The translations under genes and the position numbers were made by a program. From Candidatus Hydrogenedentota bacterium (lineage in GTDB: Bacteria; Hydrogenedentota; Hydrogenedentia; Hydrogenedentales; SLHB01), in contig CAXXTH010000017.1 in NCBI GenBank assembly GCA_963668025.2, positions 96,001-160,000 on the forward strand: a stretch of 64,000 nt of DNA, read 5' to 3'. Of the stretch, positions 56,822 through 64,000 are shown piece by piece; positions within the stretch are counted from its first letter, which is position 1, and the number at the start of each line of letters is the position of its first letter. Under the pieces are notes generated by a model, which did no database searches, was not told the origin of the DNA, and saw only the letters and a program-made list of their open reading frames with translations.

Positions 56822-56965
56822 GGGACACGGGGAAGCATGGGGAATGCATACCGCGCCCCATGGCATTCAGCATTATACTCGTTGCCGTTTACCCAGAATG
56901 TTAGTCCTGTTTCTTGGGTATTTGTTTCGTGAACGCCCTGCGTTCCCCGTAGCTCCCCGTATCCC
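56822..56965. repeat. Imperfect 27-bp inverted repeat pair (REP/MITE-like)
   Basis: GGGACACGGGGAAGCATGGGGAATGCA versus the reverse complement of 56939-56965: 21/27 identical. Confidence 0.5.
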
Positions 56966-57069
56966 TAATGCCCCGACTGTCTGCGGATTCGTATATGAAG
57001 GCGCGGAATATGCTACTATCCGGCCTTGCAGTATAGGCGAATGCGCTCATTTGTCGCGGGAATATTGCC

Positions 57070-57756
57070 ATGCTTGTCGGCATCCACCAACCCCATTATC
57101 TGCCTTGGCTGCGTTATTTCGAGAAAATAGCGCGGAGTGATGTATTTATTGTATTGGACAATATCCAATATTCGAAGAATGGCTGGCAGAATCGAAATCG
57201 GGTGAAAACGGCGTCTGGCGTGGCCACCTTGACCGTGCCCGTACATGCCCGGTTGGGCGACACGCTGGAGCACGTGTGTATCGACAACCATATCGATTGG
57301 GCGCGCAAGCATGAACGCACCATCGAGCAGGCGTATGGCAAAGCGCCTTATTTCGGCCAATACGCCCCGATGCTCCGGGCCGCTTACGCCCAGCGCTGGG
57401 AGCGCCTGAATGCCCTGAACCGGCATCTGCTTGAAGGGTTTGCCGCAGCTCTCGGGATTCAAACGCCTATTCGGTATGCATCGGAACTCGATGTTCCCGG
57501 CAAAGCCACGGAGCGGCTGGTGAATCTTATCAAAGCCGCCGGGGGCGATGCATATTACAGCGGGGCGTATGCGCTCGATGCGTATCTCGACGAAGCCGCC
57601 CTGCGGGCGGCGGGCATACCATTGGTGTTGCAGGAGTGGCATGCGCCTGCGTATCCTCAAGCCCACGGGCCATTTACGCCTGATTTGTCCATTGTGGATT
57701 TGCTGATGCATTGCGGCCCGCGCTCGCTGGCCATTCTCATGGGAGAAGACGCATGA
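57070..57756 (+). CDS. WbqC-like protein
   Basis: IHQPHYLPWLRYFEKI, DNIQY..WQNRNR, LSIVDLL. Confidence 0.92.
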   Translation: MLVGIHQPHYLPWLRYFEKIARSDVFIVLDNIQYSKNGWQNRNRVKTASGVATLTVPVHARLGDTLEHVCIDNHIDWARKHERTIEQAYGKAPYFGQYAPMLRAAYAQRWERLNALNRHLLEGFAAALGIQTPIRYASELDVPGKATERLVNLIKAAGGDAYYSGAYALDAYLDEAALRAAGIPLVLQEWHAPAYPQAHGPFTPDLSIVDLLMHCGPRSLAILMGEDA

Positions 57757-58748
57757 TCCAGCACAGCGCCCCGTTCATCGGGCCGGAAGAATACGAAGCC
57801 TGCGCGCGCGTGCTCCGTTCGGGCCGCCTGGCCCAGGGGCCGGAAGTCGAGGCCTTCGAGGCCGAATGCGCCGCGTTTGTGGGCCGCCGGTACGCCGTGG
57901 CGGTGAACAGCGGCACAAACGCCCTTCATCTGGCCTTGGCAGCGCTGGGCGTAGGGCCTGGCGATACGGTCCATATTCCCACCTATTCCTGCGCGGCTTT
58001 ACTGACCGCCGTGGCCTTGCAAGGCGCGCGCCCGGTATTGTGCGACTGCACCCCGGATTTTAATATGGACGCCAGCGCTGTGCCTGCCGGGGCGGTGGCT
58101 ATTGCGCCCCATCTTTTCGGCAAGCGAGCTGTCTTGCCTGAAAGCGCGACCGTGATCGAAGATATCGCCCAATCCATGGGCGGAGGAACTGGCGCGGGAT
58201 CCTGCGTGGCGATCACGTCCTTTTACGCCACCAAGCTCATGTCCACCGGCGAGGGAGGCATGCTATTCACGGACGACGAAGGTTTGGCGGAATTCGCACG
58301 CGACCGGCGCGATTATGATAACCGGGATGATTTCCAGCTTCGATACAGCTACAAGATGACCGATCTGCAAGCCGCTTTGGGGCGCGTGCAGCTTAAACGG
58401 CTGCCTGGCTTCATTCAAACACGCCGCGCCATCGCGGCGCGTTATACCGAGGCCTTCATGGGCCTCCCGCTGGAATTGCCCGGCCCGGAGAATCATGTGT
58501 TCTTCCGTTATGTCGTGGGCGTGGAAGCGCGCACGGAACTGGAATCGCATCTGCGCGGCCGTGGCATAGAGGCGAAGCGGCCTGTCTATTGCCCGGCGCA
58601 CCGCCTTACGGGGGTAGATTCAGGCGGAATGCGTTTTCCACATGCGGACCATGCCCATGCATGCGCCCTTTCGCTTCCGGCCCACCCGGTTCTCATCGAA
58701 GACGATGTGCAAAATGTGATAGAATCTTGTCTCGATTTTTTCCATTGA
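57753..58748 (+). CDS. DegT/DnrJ/EryC1/StrS sugar aminotransferase
   Basis: AVNSGTNALHLAL, IEDIAQ, SFYATK..TGEGG, YKMTDLQAALG. Confidence 0.92.
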   Translation: MIQHSAPFIGPEEYEACARVLRSGRLAQGPEVEAFEAECAAFVGRRYAVAVNSGTNALHLALAALGVGPGDTVHIPTYSCAALLTAVALQGARPVLCDCTPDFNMDASAVPAGAVAIAPHLFGKRAVLPESATVIEDIAQSMGGGTGAGSCVAITSFYATKLMSTGEGGMLFTDDEGLAEFARDRRDYDNRDDFQLRYSYKMTDLQAALGRVQLKRLPGFIQTRRAIAARYTEAFMGLPLELPGPENHVFFRYVVGVEARTELESHLRGRGIEAKRPVYCPAHRLTGVDSGGMRFPHADHAHACALSLPAHPVLIEDDVQNVIESCLDFFH

Positions 58749-58808
58749 TGTTCGGGCAAGGCCGTGCCGTATCGTTTCTGCAAACAGGAGGCGCATCGAG
58801 GGGCGAAT

Positions 58809-59984
58809 ATGTTCAGCCATTTGCCATATTGGCCAAAAGTATATTTGCAAACGGGCCTGATTGCGTTTGCCATCGCCGCAGCCGCCATGCCTATTGCCAT
58901 TATTCTCTTGCGGAGCATGGGAGTAGTAGATCCCGTGTGCAAAGACAAACTGCACCGGAAACCCACGCCCCGGGGCGGCGGCATCATCATTTTCGTTGCT
59001 TTCGCCGTGGCCGTTTTACTGCCGAATTACCGCGACAATCCCATGAAAGGCGTCGTGCTCGGGGCCTTCATCTGTCTCATCGTGGGAGCCATTGACGATT
59101 TTCGAGGCGGCATCCCAGCGGTGTTCAAATTCATCACGCTGGTCATTGTGACTTTTGTCATGGCGCGATACGGCGTATGCCTGCGCATCTTCAATTGGTA
59201 TCCACTTGATTTACTAGTCACGATTCTCTGGGTAGTCGGCATGACCAGCGCATTCAACGGGCTAGACAACATGGATGGCCTGGCGGGGGGCGTGGCCGCC
59301 ATTGTGTGCGCCATGTTTCTCATCATCGCCGTGCAAGATTTCGCCCTCGTGGGCACGGAAAATGAGAAATCGTGGTTTGGGCTCCTCGCGGCGGGAATGG
59401 TGGGGGCGACGCTTGGTTTTCTTGTGTATAACTTCAAGCCCGCGCGGATTTTCATGGGCGACTCGGGCAGTTTTTTCTTGGGCTTTACGATTGCGGCCTT
59501 GAGCGTCATGGGGGAGTGGGGCGAAAATCCGGTGACGGATTGGACTATCCCGCTTCTGATTCTTGCCGTGCCGCTATTTGATTTCAGTTATATCATCATC
59601 GCCCGCATCATTCGCCGTGAGACCCGCAGCCTACGCGCCATCATCGAGCATTGCGCCATGGACCATCTATCCCACCGCCTGTGCTGGATTGGCTTTTCCC
59701 AGCGCAACGCGGTGTTGTTCATATATGTGATCACGCTGACCTTGGGCATCACCGGCATCCTCTTGCGTAAAAGCTTGGATGTTTCCGACAGTTTTCTCGC
59801 CCTGCTGCAGGGGTTTGCCGTGGTGTTTATCGTGATCATTCTTATGGCCACCGCCGCCCGGCGGCATTCGGATTATATCCTCGAAGAGGCCACCCGCTTG
59901 TACGAGCAGATGAAAGAAACCCGCAACGCCCAGCAGCAGCTCGAATTTCCCCAGTTTCCTCCGAAATCGAAGCGAAGTGAATAA
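58809..59984 (+). CDS. WecA/TagO/MraY-like polyprenyl-phosphate sugar-1-phosphate transferase
   Basis: LHRKPTPRGGG, GAIDD, NGLDNMDGLA, NFKPARIFMGDSGS, DHLSHRL. Confidence 0.92.
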   Translation: MFSHLPYWPKVYLQTGLIAFAIAAAAMPIAIILLRSMGVVDPVCKDKLHRKPTPRGGGIIIFVAFAVAVLLPNYRDNPMKGVVLGAFICLIVGAIDDFRGGIPAVFKFITLVIVTFVMARYGVCLRIFNWYPLDLLVTILWVVGMTSAFNGLDNMDGLAGGVAAIVCAMFLIIAVQDFALVGTENEKSWFGLLAAGMVGATLGFLVYNFKPARIFMGDSGSFFLGFTIAALSVMGEWGENPVTDWTIPLLILAVPLFDFSYIIIARIIRRETRSLRAIIEHCAMDHLSHRLCWIGFSQRNAVLFIYVITLTLGITGILLRKSLDVSDSFLALLQGFAVVFIVIILMATAARRHSDYILEEATRLYEQMKETRNAQQQLEFPQFPPKSKRSE

Positions 59985-59996
59985 TAAGCGGCGGCG

Positions 59997-60959
59997 TTAT
60001 CGTTTGGCGCCGTTTTCTGTTTCACTCTGGACCAACTGGCGCACCGAGGCGATGATTTCCGGGCCGATGGCTTCGTTCTGGGGCGGCGTATTTTCACCCG
60101 AAATCTCATACACCACACAAATCATGCGCTCGCGGGCAGGGATGTATGCGGCCCGCACAGTATCATCTGGCCGGTCAATCACGATGGATACGGCGTTAAT
60201 GCTACCCGCCAGGAGCGTTTTCATCGTAGTAGGATCTGGCGTCCCATCATCGCTGGGGGAAGGAGCCGCGGCCAGGCTTTCTTGCACGAATGTTTGCGCA
60301 TCCAGGCGTTTTGGATTCGGAAACGCCGCGGCGGCAATCAAGTAATCCGGCACTCGAATCGCATCTACTTTAAGGTGCTCGGGAAGCCGCATGGGCCCCA
60401 CAATAGTGAGCCGTTCCTGGCCTTCAATGCAGCATACGGCGTCAATGGGGTACAGCAAGGCGTAATGCATGCCCACAAACACGGCGAAATGGCTGGATAT
60501 GGGCCATTCCATCGCGCCCGCCGATAAACGAATAGCGCGGTCCGTGTCCAGGCAGGCGGGGACGGCCAATTGCCGAAGCCGGGCCGAATCGAAGAATGGG
60601 GCCATGTCCGCCACGGCCCATCCGTCCCCATCCCGGCGCAAAAATGCCGTGCCCGATTGCACGGGTCCAGAGGCGTCGAGCGATACATACGCCCGCGCCC
60701 ACCGGTCGGCTACGGCTTGCAGCTCCATTGCGGGAACTACGCTTTCATCTCCCAGGTACACTTGCACCGCCGCCGACATGGCTTTATACAACTCTCCGAT
60801 AGGCGGGACGTCTCCCACGGAAGGTATCGGCAATCCCGCCGCCGCCATGCCGCACCATCCCGCACAAGCAGCAAGGGACAATGCCCAGCATGCATTTCCG
60901 CGCCATGCCATGTTGAATCCATATCTCCTGTTCAAAGGCGGCCTTATTAACATTATCAT
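59997..60959 (-). CDS. Hypothetical, probably secreted protein
   Basis: Long ORF with signal-like WALSLAACAG..AAAG; ATGA overlap with the upstream regulator's stop; start uncertain. Confidence 0.55.
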   Translation of the reverse strand: MIMLIRPPLNRRYGFNMAWRGNACWALSLAACAGWCGMAAAGLPIPSVGDVPPIGELYKAMSAAVQVYLGDESVVPAMELQAVADRWARAYVSLDASGPVQSGTAFLRRDGDGWAVADMAPFFDSARLRQLAVPACLDTDRAIRLSAGAMEWPISSHFAVFVGMHYALLYPIDAVCCIEGQERLTIVGPMRLPEHLKVDAIRVPDYLIAAAAFPNPKRLDAQTFVQESLAAAPSPSDDGTPDPTTMKTLLAGSINAVSIVIDRPDDTVRAAYIPARERMICVVYEISGENTPPQNEAIGPEIIASVRQLVQSETENGAKR

Positions 60960-62329
60960 TCCTGCGGATGCTTCCGTTCGATCTCATGTTTTTTCAGCCG
61001 GTATTGCAATGTCTTATACGTCAGCCCGAGTAGTTCCGCCGCTTCTTTCACCCGCCCCCCGGAACGGGCCAGCGCTTGGCGAATCAAGTCTTGTTCCAGA
61101 TCCTCGAGCACGAGCCCGCCAGGCGGCAATACGAAATTGCCTGGTTCGGGCATGCGGATGCGCAGCTTTTCGGGCAGATCCTCGGTGCGTACGGCATCGT
61201 GGTCGCACAGGATGAATATCTGTTCAAGCGTGTTTTCAAATTCGCGCACATTGCCCGGCCAGCGATAATGGATGAACGCCTCGATAATATCCGGCCCCAC
61301 CTTGGGCGCGGGCTTGCCGATGCGTGGCCCGAGCTTTTCGCGAAAATGAGCCACTAGCATCGGCAGATCTTTCACTCGCTCGCGTAGAGGCGGCAGGCGC
61401 ACGGGAAGCACGTCCAGCCGGTAGTATAAATCTTCCCGGAACTGGCCCCGCTCGACGAGGCGCCGTAAATCTTGGTTGGTGGCGGCGATCACGCGCACAT
61501 CCACTTTTGCGCCTTGCGTGGCCCCGACGCGCTCGACGACGCCGTCTTGCAGCACGCGCAGCAGCTTAGCCTGGCTTTCGTGCTGCATGTCGCCGATCTC
61601 GTCGAGGAAAATGGTTCCTCCGTCGGCGGCTTCGAATTTGCCCGGGCGCGCCCGGTCCGCGCCGGTGAATGCGCCCTTTTCATGGCCAAACAGTTCGCTT
61701 TCAATGAGTGATTCTGGAATGGCGGCGCAGTTGACGACGATGAACGGTTTGTCTTTGCGCGGTCCATTGAAGTGAATGTGCCGGGCGATGAGCTCTTTTC
61801 CCGTGCCGGATTCGCCCAAGATGAGCACCGTGCAGGTGAGCGGCACGGCGCGGCGCACAACATCAAACACCTGCTGCATGGCGGGGCATTCGCCCACGAT
61901 GTTGCCGCCTAATGAGACCGAATCCGCCACCATGCGCCGAAGATGGCGGTTTTCTTGCACGAGCGAGCCGCGCTCGATGGCCTTCGCGATAACCACGAGG
62001 AGTTCGTCTTTATCGAAGGGCTTCGCCAGGTAATCGCTTGCGCCTTCCTTCATGGCGGTTACGGCGGTCTGAATGGTGGCGTAGGCGGTCATTACCACGA
62101 CTTCGAGTTCCAGCCGCAGTGCTTTAGCCTCGCGCAGCAATTCAAGCCCGTCCATCTCGGGCATGCGCAAATCGGTCAGCAAGACATGGAAGCTCTCCTG
62201 GCGCAAGGCGTCAAGAGCGGCTTTTGCCGTCGCGCAAGCCGTTACGTCATAATGCGACGCCATTAGGATATCCGTAAGAATTTCCCGCTGCGCCGTATCG
62301 TCTTCGGTGATCAGGATTCTCGGATTCAT
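60956..62329 (-). CDS. Sigma54-dependent response regulator (NtrC/AtoC family)
   Basis: REC (TDLRMP), GESGTGKE, GAFTGA, FLDEIGD, WPGNVRE, Fis-type HTH. Confidence 0.95.
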   Translation of the reverse strand: MNPRILITEDDTAQREILTDILMASHYDVTACATAKAALDALRQESFHVLLTDLRMPEMDGLELLREAKALRLELEVVVMTAYATIQTAVTAMKEGASDYLAKPFDKDELLVVIAKAIERGSLVQENRHLRRMVADSVSLGGNIVGECPAMQQVFDVVRRAVPLTCTVLILGESGTGKELIARHIHFNGPRKDKPFIVVNCAAIPESLIESELFGHEKGAFTGADRARPGKFEAADGGTIFLDEIGDMQHESQAKLLRVLQDGVVERVGATQGAKVDVRVIAATNQDLRRLVERGQFREDLYYRLDVLPVRLPPLRERVKDLPMLVAHFREKLGPRIGKPAPKVGPDIIEAFIHYRWPGNVREFENTLEQIFILCDHDAVRTEDLPEKLRIRMPEPGNFVLPPGGLVLEDLEQDLIRQALARSGGRVKEAAELLGLTYKTLQYRLKKHEIERKHPQE

Positions 62330-62395
62330 GCACTCCCTCATTTTTCCAATCATGGCTTTTTGTGGAATGGGCGCAACCGCCATTGCCATGCCTGG

Positions 62396-63766
62396 CTAGG
62401 GCTTGCTCTCTTTTCGCAACGGCATTGTAATCAACACTTGCGTGCCCTGGCCATGGAAGCTATAGAGTTCAATGGAGCCGCCGTGCTCCTCAATGATACC
62501 GCGCGTAATCGAGAGGCCCAAGCCCGTGCCTGTCGGCTTTGTAGTGAAATACGGATCAAACGCGTGCTCGATGGATTCCCGGCTCATGCCCGGCCCATCA
62601 TCGCGCACCTCGATTTCACAGACGGAATCGTTCAAGCGCGAGAAAATGCGTACACGCCCTTCGGGCGGGCAGGCGTCCAGCGCATTGAGCAATACATTTA
62701 CGATCGCGCGCCGCCATTGCTTTTGATCAAGCATAAGCTCCGTGACGCCCGTACGCAATTCCGCGCTGAGGCGAATTTGCCGCGATTTGGCGTCTTGCTC
62801 GATGAGATGCACGCACTCTTGGAGCAGGCTATCCACATGGCAGGGTTCGGGCACGATTTCGCGTTCGCGCGCCAGCGATAGAAAGCTCGATACGATATCC
62901 TCGATACGGTCCACTTCCTCGCGGATCGTACGGATTTGCTTGGCGGCGCGTTCACTTTCGGGGGCATTGCCGAGGATATCAATCGTATGGCTTGACAGAA
63001 GCTTGATGGCGTTGAGCGGATTCCGCACATCATGGGCTACGCCGGCGGCCAGATTGCCTATGGCGGATAACCGCTGGGCCTGCCGCAACTTGACCTCCAT
63101 CACTTCCTTCTCCCGCAGCGATTCGACCATCTGATTGAACGTCCGCTCAAGCGCGAGCACTTCCCCGCTGCTTTTACGCATGGCTACGGTCTTAAGATCG
63201 CCCGAGCTGATTCGGGAACAGGTTTCCGATAATTCGCCCAGAGGCCGTAACGTTTTTCGGATGAAATAAATCATGAGCGTGAGCGCGACGATAAACACAG
63301 CAGTGATGGCGAGCAAGTTTTGATCTTTGAACGCCCGTACGATCTCCGTTTCGGGCGATAACGAGACCGTGGCGGTGAGTAGAATGCGCCGTCCTGCAAA
63401 GTGGAGCGTGGTCCGGGCGGTTTTTGTGACATTGCCGTTTTCATCAATCGTGACGGAAACCTGCGTGGGCACATCCACATCTTGCAGATCACGGAGCTCC
63501 ACGTTGGTGTAATCATTTTCGAGGTAGGGGGCGATTTTGCTCAAATCCTCATTTGGATGCGTGCTCAACTGCACCTGGATGTCGCCCGCAATGGCCTCCG
63601 TATGGGCGATCATCTCGGACTTGAGCCGCGAATAATAGTGGGTCGTAAGCAGATAGACGGCTCCCATGAGACACAACACCAACACCACGCACAATAGAAT
63701 AGTGCGAAAAATAAGCGAGTTGCGCCATCGTACGCGGACGGGGGGCGTTTGGATGTTTGAGTTCAT
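62396..63766 (-). CDS. Sensor histidine kinase (HAMP, NtrB/AtoS-like)
   Basis: Two TM segments, AAGVAHDVRNPL, NALDA, PYFTTKPTGTGLGL. Confidence 0.93.
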   Translation of the reverse strand: MNSNIQTPPVRVRWRNSLIFRTILLCVVLVLCLMGAVYLLTTHYYSRLKSEMIAHTEAIAGDIQVQLSTHPNEDLSKIAPYLENDYTNVELRDLQDVDVPTQVSVTIDENGNVTKTARTTLHFAGRRILLTATVSLSPETEIVRAFKDQNLLAITAVFIVALTLMIYFIRKTLRPLGELSETCSRISSGDLKTVAMRKSSGEVLALERTFNQMVESLREKEVMEVKLRQAQRLSAIGNLAAGVAHDVRNPLNAIKLLSSHTIDILGNAPESERAAKQIRTIREEVDRIEDIVSSFLSLAREREIVPEPCHVDSLLQECVHLIEQDAKSRQIRLSAELRTGVTELMLDQKQWRRAIVNVLLNALDACPPEGRVRIFSRLNDSVCEIEVRDDGPGMSRESIEHAFDPYFTTKPTGTGLGLSITRGIIEEHGGSIELYSFHGQGTQVLITMPLRKESKP

Positions 63767-63775
63767 TCTGCTGGG

Positions 63776-64000
63776 TTATCCAAATAATGGGGTGTCCCCG
63801 GTTTCCGGCGGGTGGGGGTCTTCTTCGCCCTTGAGCACACGCATCACGGCCTTGACATCGTCGCTCACTTTCCAGCTTTCCGTTTTATATTTCTCTTTAT
63901 CCGGCTTGCAGTGGAGCAAATACGATGGATGGTAGGTCACACGGACGGGAATACCATGAAAGAAATGCCATTTGCCCCGCAGGCGGGTGGTGGATTCTTC
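63776..64000 (-). CDS. Uracil-DNA glycosylase family 4 (C-terminal part; absent from the ORF track)
   Basis: Minus frame EESTTRLRGKWHFFHGIPVRVTYHPSYLL... runs to TAA at 63776; TYHPSYLL is UDG motif B. Confidence 0.85.
   Translation of the reverse strand, partial: EESTTRLRGKWHFFHGIPVRVTYHPSYLLHCKPDKEKYKTESWKVSDDVKAVMRVLKGEEDPHPPETGDTPLFG

Noticed and set aside
56708-56932. 74-aa ORF with a good SD (AAGGAG)
   Set aside because: It runs through the inverted-repeat element and has no recognisable homology; cannot be supported.

Overview
GC-rich bacterial chromosomal window. The lineage is probably Candidatus Hydrogenedentota or a PVC-like group, inferred from a DUF1559/H-X9-DG prepilin-like protein. 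Mobile DNA: a DUF6788+DDE transposase IS at the left edge, and a head-to-tail IS1182/IS5-like dimer (27124-32469) with an IS1380-family element nested in copy 1. Metal and phosphate genes: an SmtB/CzrA-type repressor with an unannotated metallothionein, and a lipoprotein/Ig-domain Na+/Pi cotransporter with a PhoR-like kinase. Metabolic genes: fucI, GH32, LacI, a sugar ABC permease and binding protein, cysK-metY, a pdaD/DHS-like/agmatinase polyamine operon and RimK-RCK_C. Signalling and repair: an 11-gene chemosensory cluster with no receptor, whose CheA carries two Hpt domains and four MshEN-type (c-di-GMP-binding) motifs; a Hen1-Pnkp RNA-repair operon; and an NtrBC-type pair. Also present: an oxidoreductase/isomerase/Thr-type sulfatase-like operon divergent from a radical-SAM/SPASM homologue lacking CxxxCxxC, polysaccharide genes, a PAP2-ArnT fusion and a partial uracil-DNA glycosylase. 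No rRNA, tRNA or CRISPR array was seen. All calls come from reading motifs by eye; no database searches were run.
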